A DNA stretch of 64,000 nt from the NCBI RefSeq assembly GCF_000315625.1, contig NW_005434654.1:697881-761880 (forward strand), given 5' to 3'. Shown piece after piece: positions 44,655 through 57,612 of this stretch. Under the pieces are notes generated by a model. The model ran no database searches. It worked only from the letters and a program-made list of their open reading frames with translations, and had not been told where the DNA came from. Made by a program: the position numbers and the translations under genes. Within the stretch, counting starts at the first letter, position 1. Every line of letters starts with the position of its first letter. The stretch comes from Guillardia theta CCMP2712 (taxonomy: Eukaryota; Protista; Cryptophyta).

Positions 44655-45140
44655 AGAAACATTGAAGACTTCAAAACATCCTACATCAAACACGTTGTCC
44701 GTTTGGTCCGCTCCATTTACGGAGACATCTCCTGCCCATCCACTGATGTGCCACGGACCACGGACGTAGCTCGAGTTGGGAGTCCCTACAGTCACCAACT
44801 ATCTCAGCGGATAACAAGCAAGTCGTTGATGGACCTTCCGCAAGTGGTTGGTAATCTGGTTCTTCCAGAGTGTTGCAGTAGACCAGATCTGAAGGCGACA
44901 TGTTCTCCAAGTCACATGCCCCATCTGGCGCAAAGAGAGCTCTCATCTGCGATAAGCTCAGAAATCCTCCTCCTGCTCCTCTTCTCTGTGCATTTCTACG
45001 CTCCTCCTCTGCGTCCTTCCTAACAAGTTCTGCCTTGATCTCATCCCTTTCTTCGCATGTCTCTTCCTCGGTCGCCTCTCCATTCCCCTCGTACCGGCAG
45101 AAGTCGCAACATATTGCCGAAGGGACGAATCGCTGAGCGA
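44655..45140 (-). pseudogene. Possible 3' fragment of a gene whose 5' part is replaced by repeat/GC tract
   Basis: Open frame EATEEETCEERDEIKAELVRKDAEEERR..LSAEIV followed by a GT donor; no start upstream before the repeat at 45174. Confidence 0.35.
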
Positions 45141-46076
45141 CAGTGTCAGGGTCAAGCCTCCTCGACTCTCCTGATTGTCCTCGTACTGATTTTTAACTTA
45201 ACTTTGAGTAAAGAAGCTGAGCGTTATGCTTTTATTATCGCTTCTGTAACCGGTCTGGTCCGGTCCGATCACACTCAGTGACTGTCCGATCCGAGGAGCA
45301 ATTGCGGGGCCCTCCGAGGCTCCGATGATGGGCCGGCGGCATGCCACCGGCACTGAGTCGGCCAATCCGAGACCGCGCCGGCCCAGCCTGTGAGTGAGCC
45401 CTGCCGCAGTCACGGCCGGGCTGGCCGGGCCGCCGGGCCGGGGCCGGCCGCGCCCCACCGGCGACCGTGGCGCCGCGCCGGCCCGGCCCATGGCCGCACC
45501 CGGTCACGGTCCTGCGGGGGCGGCCCGGGCCGCGGCTCGGACTCGCGGCCTCGGAACTCAGTGAACGTGGCCTCACACCGGCGTCCTGGATCATCATCGG
45601 AATGAGTCAGCCGGGCTCAGCGGCCGCCGGGCAGCCCGCACGGCGGCACGCCTGAGGCTCACCGTGAGTCAAGTGGCTGCCGGCCGGCCCCGGCGGGCGG
45701 GGGCAGACCCGGTTCAACGGTTCTCGGATCATGAGATCAGGATGGGACGTAACTGAGCCTCAGGGCCGGCGGCCGCCTCAAGTTGCCAGTTAAAGCCTCC
45801 GGCCGTCACGGTGCACTGAGTTACTTGTAGTTTACCACCGAAGTTGAAAAACTTTGAAGAAAAGAATAAGAAAAATGCTATCATCATGCCAGCATAGTCG
45901 GACAGGCGGCCCAGGCCGCCGCCGCCAGGCTGATGATCACTGATTAGTCATCGTGGGGCAGTGAGTAACTTTGCAGTCACCACGGTGACCGTCGTCCGAC
46001 CTTACCGTACGGTAAACTGCACGCCGGCGTCCGGTGCCATAATGCCCGGGCCCGCACCGCCCGAGTGTCGTAAGTC

Positions 46077-47124
46077 TCAGGACTCCGATCGATCCAACAC
46101 AATGATGGCTTGGAAAAGATCGTAAAGATTCGCTGTCAGCGCCAGATGAGATGGTAAAATCGTTAGCCCCTCCAGCTCGAAAAACTTCAGTGGTGTGCTC
46201 AGCGAGTATGCCTGCACGAGCTTCCAGGTCTTGCTGTCGTACTCGTACATGTTGCATCCTTGCTCATCCGCATAGCTTGCAGACAGCAAGAGGTTCCCGC
46301 TTCCCGCCGTGTCGAACTCTCCTCCTTGTGCTCCTCGAATTGTGTTGGTTTTGATAGGAGGGAGAGGCTCTAGGGTCGGCCACCGGTACCGCTTGATCTC
46401 CCGAGCGACCGGAGACTCCGAGGAGTAGAGCACGTCCTCCTTCACTGCTGCCCATGGCAGGTGGCGTTGCGAAGGCACCCTCTGCGACCTAACCGCCGAG
46501 AGGTTCTTGGGGTCGTACTCGACTATGATCGGCCTCACCCATGCCTTGTCTTCGACGGGCGCGATGATCTTGCCATTGTACATGCTGATGTCGCCGAGGT
46601 GATCGTAGTCGTTGGCGACGAGCTCCTGTCGTGCGTCACAGGGTCAGTCTCTCTCGCATGCACAGGCTGGACGCGGCAGCAGACAGGGCTGACCTGAGGG
46701 ATGGCGCTGGGGTTGTTCCGCACAGTCGTTGCGAACCTGTCGATCCTGATCTTGCGAATGCTGTTTCGTCCGGAGAAGTACAGGTACTTGGCATCCGAGG
46801 CGACGCCTTGTGCAGTCTTCCAGTTGAAGAACCAGGGAAGCACCATGCGCTTCAGGCGCACTTCCGGCAGGCTTGCGTTGACGCTTGTGCTCCCGCAAGG
46901 GCGCACGTTGATGGTAGCGAACTGAACCGCAAAGTAGAGGCTGGCTGAGACCATAAGCGCTAGTCCGATGCATAAGATCCTGAGGGCAGAGACCCTCCGC
47001 ACGGGATGGGAGGCAGGCTTGTGGGGATGCAGCTCACCCCTCTCGAGGTCCGCGTCGCTAGCCAGAGACTCATCGAGGGAGTCGGCGAAGGATGAGAGGA
47101 GGGGATGCGTGAATCTAGAATCCA
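46077..47124 (-). CDS. Type II membrane protein with a putative beta-propeller-like luminal domain, copy 1
   Basis: Two exons; TM ILCIGLALMVSASLYFAV; AQGVASD..YLYFS; YDHLGDISMYNGKIIAPVE. Inverted duplicate of 51488-52554. Confidence 0.75.
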
Positions 47125-48734
47125 TGTTAAAAAGAGCTGAATTGGTCCTTCTGCAGATTTGATTGAGTTGGAAACAGCTGCCTAATTCCACTCCATCCAA
47201 GGTTACGATGTGCAGAAGTTTTAGTGCAGATTGATTCAACTGAACCTGGAGACAGAAGAGAGAAAGAGCCGAACAAAAGAGGAGCAAAAGTTCACGGCGC
47301 GGGCGAAGTTTGTCGAGCGAGCAAGGGCCTTCGCGAAGAAGCAAGGGGGAGGGGGAGGGAAGGGAAGGAGAGGATGATGGGAGGGAGAGAGGTTCGCAGA
47401 CGGTCACGTTCGAGGGGTCGAGGAAGGGCGGCAGAGATGAAGAAGCAATCGGGAGGGACGGAGGGCAGGGAGGGCAGGGAGGGTGGAAGGAGGGGAGGGT
47501 TTGGAAATCCAAGGGGTAGGGTTGGGATGGGGGACCATGCACATCTACACAGCTACCGGTGTCTAGCTATATCAAGAAGAGGAGATAATGGGGTAGGGTA
47601 CTAGGACCCAGGGGATTCGTGCAAGGAATGAAAAATTGGACGACATAAAGGTGGGGTGGTGGGGTGGACGGCATGTAGCACCTCGGAAGGGTGGGTGGAA
47701 ATATTATGGGGGAGGGGGTAGTGGGGTGTTCGTATCCCCCAGAAATTCTATTTTTTTACTACAGGAAGGTCTTATCTTGAGGGTTAAAAGTTTTTAATTT
47801 ATATTTTTTTCATAAACATAATCTATAATACTTTATCAATTGCTGATAATTATACTTTTTTAACCTGTGATCCTTATAATCATAATGCGGGCCGGGGCCG
47901 GGCCTCCATAAATGGCACCGAAAGGAGTCACCCGGCCGGGCGGCGGGCGGGCCGTACGCCGCGGCCGCCGATCGGACCGACAGGCCGGGCCGCGGCGACT
48001 CCGCCGGCCCGGATCGGACCCGCCGGGACAGTCCGGGCCGCCGCCGGCCCGGCGCCGCGCCCGGCGTCCGGTGACCGGGCGCGGCCCGGCCGCATCCGAT
48101 GGCCGGCCCCGGGGGTCCCGCGCCCGCCGCCCCGGCGGGCGGCGGCCCGGCGGGCGGCGGCCCGGCGGCATCATCACTGTCATGCGGTGGCACACTCAGT
48201 GACACGGCGACTCGGACGGTCTCGGAGTCAGCGGCGCGCGGCGGCGGCCCCCGGGCCGCGCGGCCCGGCCGCCCGGCGCCCGCGCGGCGGCCGCCCCGGG
48301 CGGCGGGCTTGGGCCGCCGGGCCGCGCGTACGTTCAAGTACGGTCCGACCGTGTCCGACGAGTCTGTCGGACTCCCTGGGCCTGGTTGAACTTCGGAACG
48401 GTCACCGTGGCAAGTTTCCCGGAACTTCAACGGAAATCAGTTCCGAACTGAAACTTCTCGGACGGTTTTCAAGGCTCAGCCGGGCCGGGTGCCCATACCG
48501 TGCCCGTGCCGGGTCGGCCCGGAACTTCGAGTCTGGCCGCCGGCCCGGGCAGTGACATTATTAAGTTCATCAGATTGTTTTCCCATCGGCGGTGGCCTCC
48601 GGCCCGGGGCCGCCCGGCGGCCTTGACAGGCCGGGCCGCGTTCCATGATTCAGTCATTGCCGGGCTTGCCTGCCGGGGCCCGAACCGGCCCGAACTTTTA
48701 ACTTGTCTGCTGCAGCTGGGCCATGCGGGAGGGC

Positions 48735-49245
48735 ATGCGGGAGCGGCTCCAGCTGTGCCAGATCGCCCTTCTCGTGCTTGTGTTGCTGGCAGTGATAGGA
48801 AGGGGAAATGACAAATTGCAGAGTTACAATTTACAGGAAACTTTTTTGAACCATGATTTAATATCATCGGATATCGTTTCTGTTCGGAATCGATCCACTC
48901 ATATGAACACGACCAGGATAGCGATGAAATCCAAGAAATTTATCAATACCTTGGCAGAGGGGGATGCAGTGATGACTAGTAAATTCACAGATGCAAGAAA
49001 AGGAGGAAAGACAAGTGCAATACGAAATTGTCGTTATACACTTAACTCACTAGGAGGAGTAGGTTCAAGTGCATTCATGAACTTAGTCAAGAGATTCGAT
49101 ATAATCATGAACTCTCCAGGCGACGGTGACGGTTTTAAGCATAAACCTGCTGACAGTTTTCAGCATGACAAATTTGGAATCAGTTTGGGTAAGTTTGGGT
49201 GTGCATCAAAGGCGATGGTGATACTTGGAGATCCTCTACATTCTA
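48735..49245 (+). pseudogene. AT-rich intronless ORF, signal anchor plus sulfotransferase-like N-terminal part, 3'-truncated
   Basis: LNSLGGVGSSAFM..DGDGFKHKP..VILGDPLHS resembles the 5'PSB/3'PB-type motifs of P-loop sulfotransferase-like proteins; cut off by GC words and a repeat. Confidence 0.45.
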
Positions 49246-49300
49246 CAGCCGCGGCCGGTACGGTACTAGCCGCTGAGCATCTCATCACCATCTCATTACT

Positions 49301-49991
49301 ATGAAGATCTCATATCAGACATGTAAGAGATGATCGAGCTTCTTTTCCAATTCTCAAGGCGAGGCAAAGGTTTGAATCATCCATCGAGAAATGGAATAGG
49401 TGGCCTTGGTTCAAACAATCTGTGTTTGTACTTGTAAATATGCTTCGAAGGCGAGATTCAATTTTCATGATCATGTAAGGAACTCGGAACTAATCATGGA
49501 TACACCATTGAAGAGAATCAACTCTGATGGAACTTTCATTCAAAATGCCGTAGGTTGCATGTTGGCTCAAATGCATGATTTGTGAGAAATTTGTCACATG
49601 ATTCAGCTGTACCTTGGGCAACTTTTTGGTTTCATGTCATCACTCACTTTCAATGCTTACAGTCTTTCAACAAGGAGTCATGCACTTCACCTTTCTATTG
49701 AGGCAATGCTTCCATCCACTCAACCGTTGAAAGATGCGTGAAGAAACGTTTGTATGAAATAATGTCTTTCCTGCCCGCATAGATGATATATAGTATGATT
49801 GTTGCTCAATGACTCACTATATCATGATCAAGTGCATTGACAATTGCATGTCCATGTTTCATGATCGAGGATGATATTTCAATGATCCAAGTTTTCCTCC
49901 TTCGTCATATCATTTCCGCAACGCTTTCGATTGCACAGAAACCCGGTGTCAGTCACAAAAGGATGTGCAGATGCTTTTGCGTATCAATAAA
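49301..49991 (+). mobile_element. Second, diverged copy of the 18.6-19.3 kb dispersed repeat
   Basis: Colinear blocks such as gtaagagatgatcgagcttct, gccgtaggttgca, cctgcccgcatagatga and tttcgattgcacagaaacc. Confidence 0.8.
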
Positions 49992-50249
49992 TTCGATTCA
50001 CTTCGAAGGTCTTGCCTTGTTGTTCTGTTCTATCAGTCGAGCTGCAATCACGATCAGCAGCTGCCGCACTGAGTCGGAGTGCAACTGCACCGTAGGAGTA
50101 CCCGCCGTCCCGGACCGGAGGCTGCGCCCCGCGGCCCGGCGGCGGGCCTCGGGTTCAAGGTCTACACTCGGACACGGTGACTGCCGTGGCTGGCGCGCGG
50201 CCTGAGCTTTACTGGCGCCACTTCCGGGCCCCGGGGTTGGCAAGCCTCA

Positions 50250-50570
50250 AGTTGATTATAATATTATGAATCGGAGCTTCTATAATTAGAGTCCAAAGTT
50301 AACGAATTATAAATATCTTGAAGTTAACGAATTATAAAGCCATGCCGCAGTGCATAATTATGAAGTCACTGATGGAATATATTGCACCTGACGGTTCATG
50401 TTTGTGTGTCTGTGATGCTGATGATGTAATAAATCATTACGAGAATTTCATGAATACGAAATCATAAGCATTATTGAATATCTTCTATAATTATAGTCAA
50501 AAGTTGACGAATTGCAGAAGCAAGTTAACAAATTATCAAAAATATGTATAATTATGGGATATGTAGTATA
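50250..50570. repeat. AT-rich segment with short direct repeats (aagttaacgaattataaa; ttctataatta.agtc.aaagtt.acgaatt)
   Basis: Repeats at ~50278, 50320, 50483 and 50522; may be a subterminal region of a DNA transposon. Confidence 0.5.
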
Positions 50571-51487
50571 TTGGTCAATGTCTGTGTGTCTGCCTGCTGC
50601 GGCTACCCATCCGAGGCTCAGCCGTCCTTTGCCGATCTTTAAACACTCTTAGGACCGTGAGGTAGGAGGGGTGGTAAGGTTCAACGGTTGGTCACCGTTG
50701 AATACCCAGGCGTGGCCGGGCCCGCTAGTTATATATGAAAAACATTTGTTCCTACCAGAGTAGACTTGCCAGGCCTCGAGGAAGGGGTGGGGGTATAGAA
50801 AGGGCAAGGGTGGGGGTTACCTTTGATTTAGGGTGATATGGGCTGAGCCTTACCCATGTTTTAGATAGAGATCCATTAGGAAATGTGAAGACCTTGAGTT
50901 CATGGTCAACATCTGATAGACTGGTAGGGTAGGGGTCATGACAAGTACCTTCGCTGCATCAAGTGTTGTCTGTGCCTGGGCTCTCTGCCCTTCTAGTGCC
51001 TATCTCCCCTCCTCTCCTCACCTCGCATCGCTCCTTCCGAAGCTCCCTCTGCAAGTTCCATCCCTGGCACCCTCTTGGATCCCGCTACGATCTGCCTGCT
51101 ACTGCGCCTGCTGATATTCTACAGCTCCACCTTCCCCTCCCATCATCTCGAACTAGATGCTGTGATGCAGATTTAGCTCTTACACAGCGTGGCATCATCT
51201 CAGTTGCTTTCAACTCCTGTTCTCATCCCAACGTAATCTTCAAATATTGCTCCGATATCTCTCCCGAGTCCTGGTCTCACCTGGTATCTTCCTCAATTCT
51301 TTGATGCCCGTGCTCTGCCTTGCCTCCTGCAACATCCACCAGGTCTACCCATCGACAGTCTTCTCTTGACGTTTGGCCTCGAGCCCCGGTCTCTTCCCCT
51401 CACACTCGTTTACTGTTCCTGTCACTTGATCAAGTGAAGGCCATAAGCACCAGGTAGGTCAAACAAAGAACTGATCCTCCCACGACA

Positions 51488-52554
51488 ATGATGGACTCAC
51501 AAATATCCAACCCCCTCCTCTCATCCTTCGCCGACTCCCTCGATGAGTCTCTGGCTAGCGACGCGGACCTCGAGAGGGGTGAGCTGCATCCCCACAAGCC
51601 TGCCTCCCATCCCGTGCGGAGGGTCTCTGCCCTCAGGATCTTATGCATCGGACTAGCGCTTATGGTCTCAGCCAGCCTCTACTTTGCGGTTCAGTTCGCT
51701 ACCATCAACGTGCGCCCTTGCGGGAGCACAAGCGTCAACGCAAGCCTGCCGGAAGTGCGCCTGAAGCGCATGGTGCTTCCCTGGTTCTTCAACTGGAAGA
51801 CTGCACAAGGCGTCGCCTCGGATGCCAAGTACCTGTACTTCTCCGGACGAAACAGCATTCGCAAGATCAAGATCGACAGGTTCGCAACGACTGTGCGGAA
51901 CAACCCCAGCGCCATCCCTCAGGTCAGCCCTGTCTGCTGCCGCGTCCAGCCTGTGCATGCGAGAGAGACTGACCCTGTGACGCACGACAGGAGCTCGTCG
52001 CCAACGACTACGATCACCTCGGCGACATCAGCATGTACAATGGCAAGATCATCGCGCCCGTCGAAGACAAGGCATGGGTGAGGCCGATCATAGTCGAGTA
52101 CGACCCCAAGAACCTCTCGGCGGTTAGGTCGCAGAGGGTGCCTTCGCAACGCCACCTGCCATGGGCAGCAGTGAAGGAGGACGTGCTCTACTCCTCGGAG
52201 TCTCCGGTCGCTCGGGAGATCAAGCGGTACCGGTGGCCGACCCTAGAGCCTCTCCCTCCTATCAAAACCAACCGTGTTATGAGGGAGGTGCAAGGGGGAT
52301 GCTTTGACAAGCGGGGAAGCGGGAACCTCTTGCTGTCTGCAAGCTATGCGGATGAGCAAGGATGCAACATGTACGAGTACGACAGCAAGACCTGGAAGCT
52401 CGTGCAGGCATACTCGCTGAGCACACCACTGAAGTTTTTCGAGCTGGAGGGGCTAACGATTTTACCATCTCATCTGGCGCTGACAGCGAATCTTTACGAT
52501 CTTTTCCAAGCCATCATTGTGTTGGATCGAGGACAACGAGATTTGAAACCTTAA
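51488..52554 (+). CDS. Type II membrane protein, copy 2 (intron 51923-51990)
   Basis: Spliced ORF MMDSQISNPLL...NPSAIPQ|ELVANDYDHLGDISMY...LDRGQRDLKP*. Confidence 0.8.
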
Positions 52555-52843
52555 TCAAGTTTCAATTCAGTGAGGCTCATCATGACCAGGTTGAGACTTT
52601 TCAGAAAGCTGGCGGTGATCGTTTACTGTCAGAGTCATGCGCTTCCTAGTATCGCTGGTTCGATAAGTTTGTGAATTCATCTTAGCCACGTTTTGTATGA
52701 TCAGTGAAAAGATCATAAGTGGTTGCTGAGTGGATCTTCGTGAAAGCGGTATCATCTGAGCTTCATGCCTTGCCACTCTGCGATGAAGCGAGGGACCCGT
52801 GAAGACCTAGTGGCGGCCTCATAAGGGTGGCAGCCCGCCGCAG

Positions 52844-53505
52844 GTCTACTAGGCTAACTCAATGCCGTCTGCTAGGCTAACTCAATGCCGTCTGCTAGGC
52901 TAACTCAATGCCGTCTGCTAGGCTAACTCAATGCCGTCTGCTAGGCTAACTCAATGCCGTCTGCTAGGCTAACTCAATGCCGTCTGCTAGGCTATCTCAA
53001 TGCCGTCTGATAGGCTATCTCAATGCCGTCTGCTAGGCGAACTCAATGCCGTCTGCTAGGCTAACTCAATGCCGTCTGATAGGCTAACTCAATGCCGTCT
53101 GCTAGGCTAACTCAATGCCGTCTGCTAGGCTAACTCAATGCCGTCTGATAGGCTAACTCAATGCCGTCTGCTAGGCTAACTCAATGCCGTCTGCTAGGCT
53201 AACTCAATGCCGTCTGCTAGGCTAACTCAATGCCGTCTGCTAGGCTAACTCAATGCCGTCTGCTAGGCTAACTCAATGCCGTCTGCTAGGCTAACTCAAT
53301 GCCGTCTGATAGGCTATCTCAATGCCGTCTGCTAGGCTATCTCAATGCCGTCTGCTAGGCTAACTCAATGCCGTCTGCTAGGCTAACTCAATGCCGTCTG
53401 CTAGGCTATCTCAATGCCGTCTGCTAGGCTATCTCAATGCCGTCTGCTAGGCTAACTCAATGCCGTCTGTTAGGCTAACTCAATGCCGTCTGCTAGGCCA
53501 ACTCA
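52844..53505 (+). repeat. Minisatellite, 23-bp unit (gtctgctaggctaactcaatgcc), ~28-29 copies
   Basis: Head-to-tail units with few variants (gat/gct, tat/taa); no spacers. Confidence 0.97.
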
Positions 53506-53719
53506 GTGTCATTGGCTGGCCGGCGGCTACTCCGGGCCCTCTGAGGACAGCTTGCTGGAGACTGACTAGAAGCGGCTTTATCCAGCGATCAGGTCAAGTG
53601 AAGACATTCGCCGTCACAGGCCCCCCCCCTCCCTTCTATTTCTCTGCTCCTAATTGTGACCACCCGTAGCGGCTGGTTGGCCCTCGCGTCCACACCTGCC
53701 GGCACCTCCACCTGCCGAT

Positions 53720-56700
53720 CAGCATGAGCAGAGCAGGGCGACGATCGAGATAGTCCTCACAGCTTGTAGTGGCCGAGGCGAGCCTGGCTCATGAGGTTGT
53801 CGCGCGAGGCCAGCTGGACATGAGCTCAACTGAGATGAAAATAGCTTCTCCCCCCACCCTCTCCTCCTCATCCTCCTCCTTGCCCCTATTGTTTCACCTC
53901 TTCCTCCGCCCTTGCCGATGCTACAGGTTGTAAGGGCCCGGATGTTTTGTCCTTGCTGCCGCGCGATCGTAGAGACTTGCGAAGTTGTTGCCAGGTGAGG
54001 AAGCCGCGTCGGAGCAGCAGCTTCCTGACCACTCGCTCCTGCAGGGCCGCTTCCTCCACCCTCCTCGTCTGGGACTTGAAGTGTTTCCACTCACTGGAGG
54101 AGGCTCAGACCAAGTCGAGGAGAGGGAGAACAACGCACGTAAAGTAGCTGCTGCTCCTCCGCCGGTTCGCCCAGGCCTGTAAGGCTCCCGCCCCTGCATG
54201 GCTCCTACCAGCAGGTGAGGTAAGAGGAGGAGTGAGGGCGAGAGAGTGAGGTCTACCATGCGAGGAGCTGAGGTCCCGAGGGAGTTTCAGGCAGACAGCC
54301 TCTGTCGTGCTATGGGATGTGAGAGAAGCGACAGCAGAAGCTTCACGGCACCTGATAGGGCAGCGACGCGGGTGAGCGAGAGAAGTCAAAGTTGGGGTCG
54401 ACGAGGTTTTGAAGGAGGGGAGAGAAGGTCTTGATGTAACGATCCTTGCAAGCTGCAAGAACAAGGGTGAGGAGGAGGAGGCTATGGAAACCATGACCTG
54501 ATGGGAGGATAACAGGAGACGTCTGCACAGGAATGAGAGAGCTCGCATGCAAGGTACTACTTTCCCCGTTCTGCTCCTCCTCCACGTCGGGCGACTGGTC
54601 GAAGAGGTGTGGAGCAAGCAGCCAGACCTTCCAGAGCTCGAAGAATCTCCTCCTCGTTCCCACGTCTCTTCGTCTCTTGGCACTGAACTCTAGTCTCGCA
54701 ACCAGTCTCAGCGTCTCCTTCACATCCGCCATGTGCCGCCTCCAGCATTTTACACACCATCTCCTCGTCCTGCTCCTCCTCTTCTCTCCCAGCCGGTCAA
54801 TTGCTTCCAATCGAGTCGATCTAATCGACGATGATGTTTGTTTCCATCCCCGCCAGCATACTTTCTGGGTCTTCTTCTCCCGTTTCGTCCTGCTCTCCTT
54901 CACCTTCTGCCTCCTCAAGCACGCAGACTTCACATGATGCCACCAGACGCGCGAGAGGGCGAGCGAGTAGCTGCGACCCATGCAGAGAAAGAACTGCTGG
55001 AGGGCAGCAAGGGAGGCGTCAAGAGCGATCCTCCTCACTTGGGTCCTCGACTTCATCGCCTTGAAAACATTTCTCTTTAGCGAGAGTTTGCTGCTCTCCT
55101 CTGCCCTCCTCAGGTTGGTCCATGCGCGAAAGACAAGAGGGACGGGAGGGAGAAGCATTGCGCGGAGGAGGGGCTTCAGCCTGAGGAGGAGATGCTGACC
55201 GCTGCTCTCCTCCCGCCATCTGATCCAGATGCGCTGCAAGGTGAGGGAATGCAGCGCCTGTTGAAGACGTGCGCTTGCTCGTCGTCGGTGAGTTACTAGG
55301 ACCATCCAGGCACAGCACTGATTCCACCTCCTCCTCAGCTCTCTCTTCCTCCCCTCTCTTGCCATCGCCCTCACCATCGTCTTCTTTCGTTGCGTCAGCT
55401 GGCAGCTCAAGTGCAGGAGGTACAAGGAAGAGCCCAACAGTTGACTCCGCGACTTGAGTTGATAGCGGTCGAGCCTTTCGCGGCAAACTGTCCCTTTCCG
55501 TGTCAAGGACTTGAGCGAGCGAAAGACTCGCGCCGCCAGCCTCCTGCTGGACTTGCCCGACTGATTCTGCGCCTTCCGGCTCCTCCAGCTCTTCTGCTTC
55601 ACCAGCTGACACCAGGACTCGAGCACCAACCTGCTCCTTCCTGCCAGCCTCTTGCCCCACCTGGCTGCTCCATAACGAGCAGCAGTCGTCGACACCTGGA
55701 GGGTGTGAACAATATCAGGCGTTATCAACATCAGGTGTGATCAATACCTTCCAGGACCGCAAAACTCGACGAAGAGACCAAAGTGGCGAAACTCTCTCAA
55801 CGATCTCAACAGTCCGGAGGAGCGACCGATACCATCTCTTGCTCCAGTCGCTCCTCTCTGCGGCCTGTGACTGCGAGCGGCACATCATCATCAACTTCAT
55901 GTTGCTCCTCCGCCAGTCATCGTGTGCTGACGTCATCGGGAAGCTCTTTTGGCTCCACAAGCTCCACATTCTCTGCTTTCTCAGCCTTGTGACCTTGAGG
56001 GCGACGGTTTCTAGCCGGCCGGTCGCTTGTCGCCTCTCGTCCCAGCTCCTGAAGCTGCGAGATTTCACCACACGGTCCCTCCGAGCTCTCAGTGCGAGCC
56101 TCCTCCTCTTTCCATCCATCCGATTGCTAGTCCAACTTCTCCATGCGAACAGCTCTCGTCCTCCTGCCCTTCGCTCTCCTCTACTTCGCATTTCTTCTGC
56201 TCTTCTTTGCAGGACGCGCCTGAGCTCACACAACCCCCACCAAGCAGACAGCAGAGATCTCCTCCTGCTCGCCTCCTCACGTTGCGAGCAAAAGGACAAG
56301 AGGCAATATACTTGCTTTCTCCTCTTGCTCCATGCTCTCCAGCACGATAGAACAGGTCGACAGCTCAGCGACTCCTCCAGCAGTACCAGGGCACTTCTCC
56401 TCCCCCTCCCCCTCCTGTCTGCCCATGTCCCAACAGCAGCACGCAACATCCGAGTGACGCGCCGCGATCGTAGCAGGCGATAGAGGCGGGCGAGGTGACG
56501 GAGACGAAGCAGTGAGAATGTCCAGCTTGCAAACATCAAGTGCAGCACACGAAGACGACGCCGATGGCTGCCGTCAGGACGAGGAAGAGAGACCATCCTC
56601 CCAGCTTGCCTCTTCGATCGCTCTCGCAGCAGCTTGAGCATGAGCGGCGTCACTGATTGAAAGTTTGTCAGTCCCTTCCAGGCCGAGAACGTCATTGACA

Positions 56701-57552
56701 GCCGCAGAGGAGAAGCAGCAACATGGTCGACGAGAACGAGACTGATCAGACGCTTGTAGGATGATGCCTCCAGAGCTTGCGGGTCAGTCGTCAGGCCGCA
56801 CTCACGGACCCATGCGGCGAATGCTTGCTGTCTTGCTCGAGCTGCTCGAGCTTTTGCCCTCGACTCTATCACCTCCGTGGTCTTCATCGCAGCTTCCGCC
56901 CAGCAATCAAACGTGTTGAACGTGCGCCTGTGCTGCAGCCGGCAGCACAAGCGCGAAGCCGCGAGCTTGGAACGAGATGAGATAGCACAAGTTTGCTTGA
57001 GGATCGCAATCGCCTCCAGCTTCGCTTGCTTGAGCCGCTGATAGTAGAGAAACCTCGACACTCGACGGGAGGAGATGCCGTGACCTCCTGTCATCGCAGT
57101 CGCATGCTCTTGTCTCCCAGGTTCTTGCCTTTCATCGGCTCTCGATGAACGAGCCCTGGGCCATGAGCTTGTCAAGACGTACGAGCCTGACTGCTCTGCC
57201 AGCACCTGCACGAGTTGTGACCAGAAGCTCCTCACCCCACCTCCCTCATCTCACCTGCTTCGTGATCGACTCAGCATTGAGCCGCACTCTCCGTTCCACG
57301 TCGGCTCGCACTCTTGCCAGCTCCAGCCTCTCTCGCAGCAGCTTGATCTCCGCTTGCTCTCCCTTGCACGTGGGCTGCATCACAGCAAAGCTTGCGGTCG
57401 GATCGGTTTTGGTGGGAGAGGTTCTCGTGGAGGATTGTTTGATGCGATGGACCAGTAAAGTCTCGTGTCTCTGCATGTCTGCTGACCTCTTGAGGATCCG
57501 ATCTTTCCTTTCATTGTAGATGGTATGATAGAGATCCACCGATCTCTCCATC
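53720..57552 (-). CDS. Sfi1-like centrin-binding repeat/coiled-coil protein, multi-exon; ends approximate
   Basis: Periodic F/L-x-x-W motifs in basic helices (AFAAWVR, TFSAWKG, MFASWTF, SFRSWDE, VFRAWTN, FFELWKV). An intron at ~55700-55750 joins the two long ORFs. Confidence 0.7.
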
Positions 57553-57612
57553 TTCCTGGTAGTTCTACAACCTCTCCCCGCCCCTCCCCTGCCCTCCTCT
57601 GCCAGCCAGCCT

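Noticed and set aside
47810-48867. Pro/Gly/Arg/Ala-rich ORFs in the GC tracts (also at 15.2-15.9 kb and 45.2-45.7 kb)
   Set aside because: Stop-poor because of composition, open on both strands, and no domain signal.
52844-53505. CRISPR-like array
   Set aside because: Units are contiguous with no unique spacers; eukaryotic context and no cas genes.
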